Assembly (NCBI RefSeq): GCF_009914755.1
Contig: NC_060931.1
Origin: the human T2T-CHM13v2.0 reference genome, Homo sapiens
Strand: one strand, 5' to 3'
Length of the DNA stretch: 64,000 nt
Shown here: positions 43,441-56,606 of the stretch, piece by piece
How the letters are laid out: each line of letters opens with the position of its first letter
How positions within the stretch are numbered: position 1 is the first letter of the stretch
Notes under the pieces: model-generated
Told to the model about the DNA's origin: nothing
Databases searched by the model: none
Seen by the model: only the letters and a program-made list of their open reading frames with translations
Made by a program: the position numbers and the translations under genes

Positions 43441-45320
43441 TAAGACCTAATAGGAAGGAGGTGGCATCAAGGGAGAGGCCCAAGAGGAAAGATGAGTAGA
43501 AATATTTTCCTTAAAAACATGAAGAGCATGACTGCTACATACATGCTTAATACAGATTTCACTGTCATACAATGTGGAGGAAGCTTGAAAGTGCATATGG
43601 GCACAGAGGCCTTGGCACTGACCAGCAGGTTTGCTAGGCAAGACCAAAGCCAACCCAACTACTGGGCTGCCAACCAGCAGCAAGAGGAGAATGACATCTT
43701 GCCTCTTTCATGTCCTTAATCCATTTTTCACATCGAGGGTTAAGCATTAGAATGGTGTATTTTAAAAATACACATGCCTAGGTCCCACCCTGTAAGTCTG
43801 AATCCACTGGGGCATTTATACTCTCTAATTGTTTGGCAGAGGGACTTTAATGACCGGCCAGACTTGAGCCTCTCGATGCTAGAACTGCACAGCTCTTTCT
43901 TTTCCACCTGCATCCACAATTGATGGAGAAAATGAGGTTGGCACAAAATTCGCAACTTTAAAAGTTGGCTACAGATTTCATAAGAGCCAGTGAAGGACAA
44001 GAAGTGTATGAAAGAATCAAATAGTAAACAATCTTGTCTAAGGAACTAATATCAAGCCTGAGTTATTTTAACTAAAGAAAGGAAAGTACTCAAGCCAGTC
44101 TTGAATAGAGAGATGAGCAGTTCACTTTCATACCAAATACTATAAACATAGGCCATATAGAGTTAGCTGATCATACGTGTCTGATAAAAAGTGTTATAGT
44201 ATTGTAGGCTCAAAAGTTTGTACTAACAGCTTTCCACTGGAGTCCAAATTATTGGCTGCAGTAAAACCAAATGCTCATTACCTACAAAAGGATTTTAAGT
44301 GTCCACCTTTCCAATGGGAGTTGGCCTCAAGGCACTAAAGAATTATGACAACAGGGAAGGTGGCAGTAAAATACTGCACTTTTCAAAAGACCTTTGAAGT
44401 GTTCTAAAGAGGTCTCTCACAGCCATCTATAAAGTAGAAATAAATGTATCCATTATTTACTTATTTCAGAACCATGTGGTAATAAACTCAATATTATATT
44501 CAATACCTCACTTCATTATGCCAATAGCTGCCTACTCTGGCCAGTGAAAGGACTGTTTAAACGGCAAGTCCTTCATTTATATGTAAAAGTCCATGAACTA
44601 ATGTCATCCATCAAGGAAAATTCCTCAGTGATAGCTAGTCTATAAAATGAGCCTTATAGAGTCCTTCACTCCACGTAACTTTCCGCGGCCTTACTAAGTG
44701 ATTATAACCTTCTCCAATGCTGTGAATTTAATATATTGGCAGGAGGTATTGAGATGTAATGAAGACTCTGAAGGTGCCAGCCACAGCATGGAGAAACAGA
44801 GCCTGTCACCTGTCTACCTTCGGGGAGGCTCTATTTCTCCCCACAACGAGGCTCCTATGTCTACTCAGGAACCACAGCTCCACCACCTTCCAGACTGCCC
44901 TGAGGGACATCCTGACTTCATGCTCACATAACAGAACAGATCTGACCTTAGGTTGACCAAATGCAGCCCAGCATGGGACCAAATTGCCATTATACCAAGA
45001 CTGGACTACTGGACAACTCAAAGGAGCCAGTCCACAGCTGAGCCTCCCTGACCCCAGCTCTGCCTATTCAGACTGATTCTCTTCTCCCTGCCAGCTATCC
45101 TGGAGGTCCCAGCAGGTCTGCTCAACTTAGGACATGTATGGTGAACTGCATAAATTCCATTCAGGAAGTGTTAGTGAGCTCCTGTTGCATGTAAATCCCA
45201 GTATGGAAATGCAAGTATAAATAACTTCTGCCTCTCCCACCCCAAGGACGGACTTCACATTTGAACATGGCCATACTTGAACAGACTGTATTTTACTCAA
45301 ACAGGAGTAAAGGTCATAAG

Positions 45321-45441
45321 TAGGGTGACCATACGTCTTGGTTTGCCTGGAGCATCCCAGTTTATGTGTGTTGTCTCCGTATAATTAACAGTGCCTCCTT
45401 TCACTTTCCCAGTTTGGATGATAAATTATCGGGTTGCCCTA
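45321..45441 (+). mobile_element. MER81 (hAT-Blackjack MITE)
   Basis: TIRs tagggtgacc ... ggttgcccta; degenerate 8-bp TSD gtcataag/gccataaa. Confidence 0.8.
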
Positions 45442-46678
45442 GCCATAAAAGAGTCATAAAAGAGTTTGGAAATATGGAGAAGATTGTGATCATTTCTGTG
45501 TTAGGAAATCAGGAAGGCTTCTTGAAGAATGAGATATTTATGCTATGGGATGAAATGAAAGGCAAAGTTTAAAAGAGGGCTGAGAGGTGTGGTAGAAAGC
45601 AGGGGAGGATGTCCCAGGCAGAGGGACAGGCAGGAGGGTTAGGGCAGCAGCAGGCCTGCCATGTGCTTCCAAGGCACATGGGGGTCCGCCTTGCTCTGGT
45701 GTATATGGCAGCCACTCTAAGCTTCTTGAGAGCAAGGATTCTGCTCCATCTTGTGTCCCTATCTCCTGACACAGCACCTGGTGCAGAGGAGCACAAAACC
45801 CATGGGCTGCTATTCTACTGAATGAATCGAGGCATGGCAACATTTTGTCACCTATGTCTGATTACATGGCTCTGTTACAAGAGGAAGCTCATGGCCACGA
45901 CACTAGACATTTTGCTGGCCTGACAGTTTAGGAGAATGTGGAAGAAACTGTCAGGGCTGGCAGAACCCACGTCCTTTGTGGACACAGGGTCAGGGATTAT
46001 CCTCAGGCAACCATCCAGAGACAAATTTTGGAGCAGTGGTTGAGAGGTGAAGGCATGTGACAATGCCAACATGGGGCCACCACAGCCCTCAACCTGGGCT
46101 GTCTTCAGCATCTCAACAAAAGACGGACTCTACAATGTTCAGAGACAAGGGGAGCCCACAGCAGCAGGCCCAATTCCTCAGAGGGTACAATTCCCAACAT
46201 TCCACAAAATCCTGCCCAGAAAAGCCACCAGGACAGCAGCAGTCCCACTGAGGGGCCAAGTAGAGCAGATATCTCCATTCTGTATGCACTCGACGTCCCT
46301 CGCCATCTGCCTGTACCTCTAGACATCCATACAGCTTGCCCTGACGGAGGCTCATTGTGGTCCTACTCAGATAAAGCATAAGCCTGATCACAGACTGCAT
46401 GTGTCTCAAGCTCCATGACCTTGTCCTCCACAAAATTCCTCAAAAATGGAGGCCATACCATGTACCGCAGAGATGGGTTTCCTCTCTGAGCAAAAACATC
46501 AAGGAATTGCAAAGTGGGAAGCCATCAAAAACGGTAACTGCAACTGGGGAAGAGTCAGCGTAGGCCCTTCTCTAAATGGGCCTTAGCCCAGGGAAGTCAT
46601 AGGGTCCCAAACTATCACACTGTGTGGCAGGGCACATCACCAACAACGTCAAGGTAGAAAGGAGGCTTTTTCCCTCAG

Positions 46679-46682
<4 letters not shown>

Positions 46683-46727
<45 letters not shown>
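46683..46727. repeat. (GT)~22 microsatellite
   Basis: Seen directly. Confidence 0.98.
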
Positions 46728-46728
<1 letters not shown>

Positions 46729-46954
46729 GCGGGGTGGGCTGGAAGACATTCCTCAATCAACTATTGTTCTTCCCTACCTATGCAGAAAAGACCCACAACC
46801 ATGGTCGTGAACAAAGCAAACACCTCTACACTCTACAGCCATTGGTGTGCATATTACGAACATGATTGCCTAGCTTTCTACATCATTTGCAATGCAGGGC
46901 AAAAAGTACTTGTTAGTTTTTTTCATCTAGAAAGTGGAGGCAATTGCTTTCACA

Positions 46955-47768
46955 GTTAATTTAATGTCCATCAACTAGACTACGATATCCAGATGTTTGG
47001 TCAAACACCAGTCTAGCTGGGGTTTTTTGTTTGTTTGTTTTTTGGGGTTTTTTGTTTTTTTTTTTTAATGTGATTAACATTTAAATCTTCAGACTTTGAA
47101 TAAAACATTACCTTTTATAATGTGGATGGGCCTGTTAAAGAAAAAGTTGTTCATCATACTTGTTAAGACGGCAGAGCAGACTTTATTCAAGAGGGCCCAT
47201 GGCAATAGGTGGAGGAACTAATGCAATGAGGTCTTGGAGTGAGGGGAAGAGATTGGCTCAATTCTGATTCTAACAAGGAAGAGCAGAGATTTATAACCAA
47301 GGAGCAAGGTGGGGGATCAGCGAATAGAAAAGTATCAAGAGGAAACATCAAGGATAAGGAGCTGACTGAATAGGATCATTGCTGAAGCCAATGCCAGGGT
47401 GATAATATCCAGGGTGGTCAGATAACAAGGGTGGGGGATTTTCCGAAAACTGACTTAGCGGGATTCTTGCTCAAAGTGGATTCTACAAGAGGGAAACCTA
47501 AGATCAGTCTATTCAGAAAGGATTTAACAGAGCCTGACTAAAGTTTTGCTCAAAAAAGAGAATCTTTGTCAGGCTTCATCCAGTCAGTTGAATCCATAAG
47601 AGAGAAAGGCTGAGGTTCTCTAAGGAAGAGGGAATTCTACCTCCAGATTGCATTCAGACACAAGACTGCAACATTAAGGCTTCCCTGAATCTGAAGCCTG
47701 TTGGCCTGCCCTGAAGATTACAGACTTGACAGTCCCAACAATCACATAAGCCAATTTCTTAAAATCTA
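46955..47768 (+). mobile_element. MLT2 (ERVL) LTR interrupted by MER31
   Basis: ccagatgtttggtcaaacaccagtctag ... ataatgtggatgggcc, then tcatccagtcagttgaa ... caatcacataagccaatttcttaaaat. Confidence 0.8.
47133..47571 (-). mobile_element. MER31-like (ERV1) solo LTR
   Basis: TG...CA ends (tgttaaagaaaaa ... tctttgtca), reverse AATAAA, 4-bp TSD ggcc/ggct. Confidence 0.75.
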
Positions 47769-48992
47769 TCAAGCATGGTGTACACCAATTCCTCTTACTG
47801 AAACGTAAGCTCTATTAAGGCAAAGATTTTTTATACATATATTTTGATGTATACCCAGCATATAGACCACAATGCCTAGCATATAGTAGGCCCTATACAA
47901 ATAATTCTTCAATCAATGGAAATGTAAGTCAAATACATACACAAACACACATCAGTACAGACATAAAGAAGAGCGAGAAGAAAAAGTCCACTCTTGCTAA
48001 AACAATGGGCATTGGTTATGACAGGCAAGTCAAGTTATAAATTGTAAAAGCTTTATTATAATTCCACATAAGTACAATATAATGTCATTATAATCACAGA
48101 ATGAGGTCTATCAATGATCATCATTCTCTGTATTCAGTGACCATATTTCTGCCTCTTTGTTTCAAGTAAGAACACACAGAGGCTACAGATATTTACTCAC
48201 TATCTCACTCATTGTAACAGTCGTCTTGAAGATAACTGATAGTCTAGGCCTTTTCCTCATCATTCAAGAGAGATTACAGCATAAGACACCAGTTTCACTA
48301 TCTAGGAAGTTATGACATTAATCTTTGCCCAGCCACTTAGGCTGAGGAGTTAGGTAAATGGTGGGAAGGGCTGCTAAGAAAACTGCAACATATTAGGCAG
48401 AAAACAGGAGAGAATACAAAAACAAATATACATCTCCATGCCTCTTCTGAAGAGCGATCTACCCCAAATGCCCTCTGTGTGTCTGGCTTACCCAGCAGAG
48501 GGAGAGAGCTTCCCCACCCTCAGTGTAACTGCTAATCCCAAGCCAGCCCAAATGTGCAGAAAGATCCCTGCCTTCTTGTTCTCTGTTCAGCAATCCTGAG
48601 AGCCTCTCTGAAAACCACCACAAAGACTGAAATATACCCTAGACAGGGAACCTGGAGACCTGGAGGCTGGTTCTGACTCTTTCGGTTTATTCCCAAAACC
48701 CCTGGGCCTCTTTCTTCATGAAGAAAAGGTAGAGATTAGATAGGGTGATTACTAAGATTTCTTCAAGGTCTAAAAAGAAGTACAGTGATTGTGCAAGGTA
48801 AGTTGACCCCATCTACTCGAAAGGTGCCCAGAAAAGGGTCCAATAAAAGGGAAAGTAGGAGCTAGGGCCCTAAAATAGCAATACAATGGTGGGGCCAAAC
48901 TGGGAAATGGCTGCGCCACTCCAATCTGATGAGGGTCTCACCTCACTGGGCATCCCGGGGCACACACCCTCTGGGGCACACCCTTCTTAAGT

Positions 48993-49291
48993 TTCTTTTT
49001 TTCTTTTTTTTTGAGACAGAGTCTCACTCTGTCACCCAGGCTGCAGTGCAGTGCCACGATCTCAGCTCACTGCAACCTCTGCTTCCTGAGTTCAAGCGAT
49101 TCTCCTGCCTCAGCCTCCGAGTAGCTGGGATTACAGGCTGCGCCACCGCACCTGGCTAATTTTTGTATTTTTAGTAGAGATGGGGTTTCGCCATGTTGGT
49201 CAGGCTGTCTCAAGCTTCTGACCTCAGGTGATCCACCCACCTCAGCCTCCCAAAGTGCTGGGATTACAGACGTGAGCCACTGTGCCCAGCC
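48993..49291 (-). mobile_element. AluSx-like
   Basis: Full reverse Alu. Confidence 0.96.
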
Positions 49292-50918
49292 CTCAATTTT
49301 CTTTCTTCAATAAACTTTTGAAAATGAAAAGCCCAGTTGGCACGTGGTACAGGAGCTATTACTAGAAACAACTTCAGGCCACCTATCAAAAGGTAAAGAA
49401 TTACTCTGGATGAACTTAGTATTGCACATTTGGAAGACTAGTTTGTCAACAGGCTGAGAAATTTACACAGACTTACGAATCAACCAATGGGCCAAATTAT
49501 TGCTTTAAAATAAAATAAAATCTGGCCAAAAGAACACATATGTGGGACCTCCTGCTAAGATATACTCTTTCTGCAGACCAAGTACCTGGAAAGCTAAATC
49601 ATAACAGGATGGCTATTTGATAAGCTTTACGGCCTGAATGTATGACGGGCATGAGGCTAAGAGGGCTTATTATAAACATCTCCACAAAAGGCAGAGACCT
49701 ACAAGGGCCAGAGTTGTTACACCAGGGCAGAGGAGAAGAACACAACCATTGCTGGTCTTTTACAATCTCTTCTTTCTTTCTATACATGTATTCTTTTCTA
49801 AATAATAATTAATGGCTGAAATGTATTTTGTAAATTAATACTTACTCATTTCAGAGACTTTAGCAATCACAGAAAAGCATTTTTCAAGTATAAGAAAAAA
49901 ATTCTCACACCTTGCTGTGATAATAAAAAAAATAGAAGTATGAGAAAAAAAAGGAAAAGAAAAAACAATCTTACTATGAAGGTTTCCATCCATGGAGATG
50001 TACAGGTATTAAAGAGTATCATGATTTTTATTCTATTAAACAGCACACTGTAAACATGTCTCATGATATTAAATACTCTGGAGATACATTTGTTACTTGG
50101 TTTTTATTTAAAACCATGTTTTAAAGACTGAAAAATAAAGATTGGCACATCTTTTCCTTAGATGTATTAATATAGTCCATCGGCAACAGGCCATTCTTGT
50201 TCTGAAGCCACTCAGTACATTTCAAGCTTTATCCCAAGACCACTATTTCTCTCTTACTTCTAAGTTATTTAAGAATAAGTGTCTTACTATAATCTGTGAG
50301 CACAGGTAAGTCCTCCCAAAATAACAGTGCCCTGGCCAGTTGGAAGCTTAGGTCTTATGAAATTTCCACAGTGACAAGGTAGCAAAATAGTATCTGACAA
50401 ACTGACAGGTATCACCACAACTGGGAGAGGAAGAAAACATGTACCCTTCTCATCCAAATATTAACCAGCATCTTTTTTGCCCGGGCAACATATGTGTCTA
50501 TCAATGGTGGTCTTGCCAAATTAAACACTTCCAGCACACTTGCCCTTAATTCTATCTTGAGAGAGAGGGAAATTAAGAATTTCAGGCCAAATAGAGAAGA
50601 AAGGGGAGGCCATGCCAAATGAGTGAAAAGTCTATTTTTGAAAAGGCATAACCTGGCAGTAGCCTCAAATCACAATGTTATTCTACCTACACCTAACTCC
50701 CAAATGAGCTCTAACTCCCAAATGAGGCTATACTCACATTCCAGAAACTTTCACCTGCAAAGTATGTATTACAAATCTAGAGAAACAGCCCCACAGCCAT
50801 ATATCAAACTGTGAGCACTGTAAGAGCATACCCTTAATACACAGTTGTCTGACTGTCACTTGCTTCTGTCCTATCTTCAGTGATGTGGGGACAAAAATGT
50901 TTTATGTACAGTTTCTCA

Positions 50919-51272
<354 letters not shown>

Positions 51273-52207
51273 AAATGCATGCATGGGTTTACAGCTGGCA
51301 TAGATCAATTTCTAGTTATTTTACAATTATTGATTAGGGAACTCAAACAGCCTTTGCTATTTGCCAGACAAAAAGCTAAATACCCCCTTTCATAAATCTT
51401 GAGAAAAGGCCAAAGAAAAATGAAAACTAGTGTATTCTGGAAAGAGAACAAGCCAAGACAAGATTATAACCAAGTCAAAGCTGAGAACCAAGTAACAAAC
51501 GTATCTCCAGAATAGAGCTTGAAAAACTTGCAGTCTTGGCAAGTCCCTCTCACTCGCAGCAGCAACCTTTGTTGCAATCAGAATTGACGGAGGCTTTTTC
51601 ACTTCAACTAAAAGATTTCTGTCAGGGTGAACATATTTTAATCCACCGCATGCACTTGTACCATGTCATTTACAAGGACAAAACCTGACTACACCAAGAG
51701 CCTGCTTTTGTTGTGTCACTCTACGGGACCAGTGTACATGTTCCTAAGGCTCACAAAAAAAAAAATATTCAAAGAGAGGAGAGAGGAGAAGAGAGGACGG
51801 GGAAAGCAGTATTATCATACACACAGAGAGCATATGTACAGTTAGAGATGGAGCTTGGAAGTGGTGATGTGCAAGATGGAGAGACACAGTTAAAATATGC
51901 TGCATTCTAAAGGAGGATGTTATTTAGAACTTGTTCTTTTTGATGCCTCCAGGGTTGAAACTGAGCCACTCTCTTAATAATATATTGAGTTCATCAAGGA
52001 GGTAAAAAGTAATAATCAGTTTGAAGCACCAATACATTCTTCTATCACCTGTGCATGACAGGGAATGATGGGAAACTTTCTAATGATGCCACTGTCCATA
52101 TGCTTAAAATTCAACATGGAGCAAGGAGGTGTTTAGAAAGGAGAAAAACAACGTCAGAAATTAGCAAAACAGAAGATCTAATGGTCACATTAAAAATTAA
52201 CAAATGG

Positions 52208-52504
52208 GGCCAGGCATGGTGGCTCATGCCTGTAATCCTAGCACTTTGGGAAGCCAAGGCATGCAGAACACTGAGGTCAGGAGTTCAAGACCAGCCTGGC
52301 CAACATGGTGAAACCCCATCTCTACTAAAAATACAAAAAATTCACCAGGTATGGTGGCATGCATCCATAGTCCCAGCTACTCAGGAGGCAGCACAAGAAT
52401 TGCTTGAACACCAGAAGCGGAGGTAGCAGTGAGCAAATATGGTGCCACTGCACTCCAGCCTGTGTGACAGACTCTATCGCCAAAACAAAAAACAAACAAA
52501 AAAA
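52208..52504 (+). mobile_element. AluS, directly upstream of an AluJ
   Basis: Full dimer with A/C tail. Confidence 0.93.
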
Positions 52505-52506
52505 GG

Positions 52507-52894
<388 letters not shown>

Positions 52895-52949
52895 TCATCC
52901 ACTATGATACAAAAATTTGGGTCACTTAATTATTTTTTCCCACCGGTTC

Positions 52950-53460
52950 TTTATTTTTCCCCAGTTTTACTGGGGTGTAACTGACAAGTAAAAATTACAT
53001 ATGTTTTAGGTATGCAGCATGATGACTTTATATATACATATACAATATAAAATGACTACCACAATCAAGTTAATTAACACATCTATCATCTCACACCTGT
53101 GCGTGTGCTCGCACACAATGCATGCGTGCGGTTAAGAACATTTAAGATCCATTCCCTTGGCAAATTTCAAGTATACAATAGAGTATTATTAAAAATACTG
53201 TAGAACTATAGTTACAATGCTGTACCTTCGATCCACAGAACTTATTCATCTATCTTATAACTGAAACTTTGTACCCTTTAACCAAATCTCCCCACTTCTC
53301 CCAGTCCCCTGCCTCTGGCAACCACCTTTCTATTCTTTGCTTCTGTGAGTTCAACTTTTCTAGATTCCACATATAAGTGAGAACATACAGTGTTTGTTTT
53401 TCTGTATCTCATTTATTTCACTTAGCATAATGCCCTCCAGGTTCACACTCACCATGTTGC
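52950..53460 (-). mobile_element. L1MA-type 3' end
   Basis: caaatttcaagtatacaata ... ctctggcaaccacc ... tagattccacatataagtgaga ... atttcacttagcataatg. Confidence 0.88.
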
Positions 53461-54394
53461 CAATTTAAGTTTATTTTCCTAACAAAGCTCTGAGTCTTCA
53501 TTCTAAGCCAACAAACACGTATTAGCAGAAAGATCCCATGCTCCCATTTCCAAGAAAAGGATCCCTCTCTCATGTTGACACTTTCAATTCAGTGACTGTC
53601 TAAAAGCATTTATGCCCGGCCTGTGACTAAACCACTTTTACTAATCAGAATAAGTAATCAATAACAAAATTCCAATTTAGCCAAGAAAATAGAGGCTTTC
53701 AACTTTAACAGTTTTTCTTTTTCTAAAATGGACTTTTTTAATAACCAAAGAAAATTAAAATAAATGTGACTCTTGGAATTGGTAACCTATTCATAAAACA
53801 AAATTACTTTATAAAAACTCAATTTATACGTATATAGAACTTCGAATTCTGTAAGAACTCCTATATTTAGATATTTATTCATCAAGGTAAGAGACTTGAA
53901 AGAGAACTACATTAACGACCTTGTCCTCATTTTAAAAAGACGGAAACAAAGGGCATAAAGAAAAGGAAGCAATTTGCCTAAAATTACATGGAGTTGTACC
54001 TGGACGGGAAGGGCAGAGGGACAGAGAGAAGGCTATTTCAGATGAAATTATTGTTCAAAAATTGTCAAAAAATAGGAAGAGTTTATTCTCTAACAGTTTT
54101 TAATGATGCAAGTTGGATGCCTGCTGCATTTTGAAGATACGGGATCTATACAGATGCTGAAAGCATTTTTAGTTCATGAAAAGAAAATTTCCAAAACAAT
54201 GGTTTTTCCTCAACTCACCCACAATATAGAATATTAATCTATAGGTCTGAATGAAATTCTTCACCTCTTTTTTGCCCATTCCACTTTCTTCTTACTAAAA
54301 CTCTAGCAATGACAGCAGTAACTCATAAATTGAAGTTAAAAGTATTCATCTTAATACTACTGTTTGCAAATTATGTTTAATATGGAATTTTAAG

Positions 54395-54812
54395 ACACAT
54401 CAACTATAATAGTTGCCAATATATGATCCTAGAATACATCCTGTATCCAGAGGAACAGTTGCTATAAAGAATATTATTGAGAAAATTGACAAAATTGAAA
54501 CCTGGGCTAAATATTACAATAGTCATCAATGTTAAATTTATTGATTTTGACAACTATACTTGATTATGTAAGAAACACTGATTTCTAAGAGGCAGAAGTA
54601 TTAAGAGGTAAATGAGCATGTCTTCTACCCATGCTCAATTGATCCCCTCCCCCAAATAAAAAAAAAAATATATATATATATAATATATGTAGGCAGAAAT
54701 AGAATGATAAAGTGTGGTAAATGCCTAAAAACAGATGAATCAGAGTCAAGCTCTTTGTACTATTCTTACAACTTTACCGTAAGCTAAAAATATTTCAAAG
54801 TAAAAAGTTTAA
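54395..54812 (+). mobile_element. L1MC/L1MD-type 3' end
   Basis: atcaatgttaaattt..tgattttgacaact ... tctttgtactattcttacaacttt ... atttcaaagtaaaaagttt. Confidence 0.75.
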
Positions 54813-54832
54813 GAAAGGAATTTTAAAATTGT

Positions 54833-55203
<371 letters not shown>

Positions 55204-55813
55204 TTATACACACACACACACACACATAATCTAGCAATGTTAATACTCAGTTGTTAGTTTTTGCAATAGTAGACATACAGTAAAATCAGTTACCAGCTCT
55301 TTCCTATCATTCTATCAGAGCTATGAGAAAAGAGCTTATTTTTTGGAAATAAACTAATTTTTAATACATTAGTTAACCTGCTGTTGAGATAATTATTCTT
55401 GGAAGTGGAAAGTATAATTGAAAAATACATTAACAATTATACAACTACATCCCCAATTTTTTGTTTCCTTTTTTGTTTGTTTAAACTTAACAAATCTCCA
55501 AAATGGTCAATGGCATAGTTTTTCAAACTCTATTCAGAGCTTGGCTTTACAAACAAACTGTAGAATATCTTCCTTTAAATTTCTCATAAAATTCAATGAA
55601 AATACAAAAGTGACTGAATTCACTACGAGTAGACACTGCTAATGTATATCACGGTTATTCCTAAAAATACTCTATTGCAGCAAGCCCACCTCTACTCTCA
55701 ACAAGCATTCTCCCAGATTAATGCTTCTTTATTATTCAAAGTGACAAAAATAATTGAATCATCTCTTACCTCCCGCACAAATGAAGACTTTATGTTAGAC
55801 ATAAAAAAGAGTA

Positions 55814-56108
55814 GGCCGGGCACAGTGGCTCATGCCTGTAATCCCAGCACTTTGGGAGGCCGAGGCGGGCAGATCACAAGGTCAGGAGTTCAAGACTAGC
55901 CTGACCAACATGGTGAAACCCCGTCTCTACTAAAAATACAAAAATTAGCCGGGCATGGAGGCGTGCACCTGTAATCCCAGTTAATCAGGAGGCTGAGGCA
56001 GGAGAATCACTTGAACCCGGGAGGCGGAAGGTTGCAGTGAGCCAAGATCACGCCACTGCACTCCAGCCTAGACAACAGGGTGAGACTCAGTCTCAAAAGA
56101 AAAAGAGA
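55814..56108 (+). mobile_element. AluSg-like
   Basis: gatcacaaggtcaggagttcaag (2-bp deletion type). Confidence 0.94.
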
Positions 56109-56570
56109 AAGTTTCTGCCTTTATATACTAGTATTCCTTTGAGGCCAAGGGAATGGATAATTGCTACAAACCAGGTCCTTTTGTGTCTATATCAACCACT
56201 TCTCCCAAAGTATGACAGGCCATGGCAAACTTTCTTTAAATAAGAAAATTCAAAAATGACTTGACGAAAGTGTACAAATAGCACTTCCTTTGACCAGTAT
56301 CTTTTGCAATACAGGGATTCACATAAGAGAATGTTTTTAAATACTGAAATTTACAGTTTGACATGCCAGAACTTTTTAAATGCAAAATGGTTTCTATGGA
56401 AATGGTAGTGCTAATATTTCTCACCCACGCTGGTAAACAAATTATTCTCAATCCCTGATAGCATTATGATTGTGCATACATTATTTCACTAAGCAAGAAC
56501 ACACAAGGCCTATTCGAGTAGTTACGGCTGCCTGCCTCTATGCTAAGTAGGCTCATAATGCTATGGGTTT

Positions 56571-56572
<2 letters not shown>

Positions 56573-56602
<30 letters not shown>
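56573..56602. repeat. (TG)15 microsatellite
   Basis: Seen directly. Confidence 0.97.

Positions 56603-56606
<4 letters not shown>

Noticed and set aside
46624-46959. 111-aa ORF with a (VC)n repeat
   Set aside because: The repeat is the translated (GT)n microsatellite.
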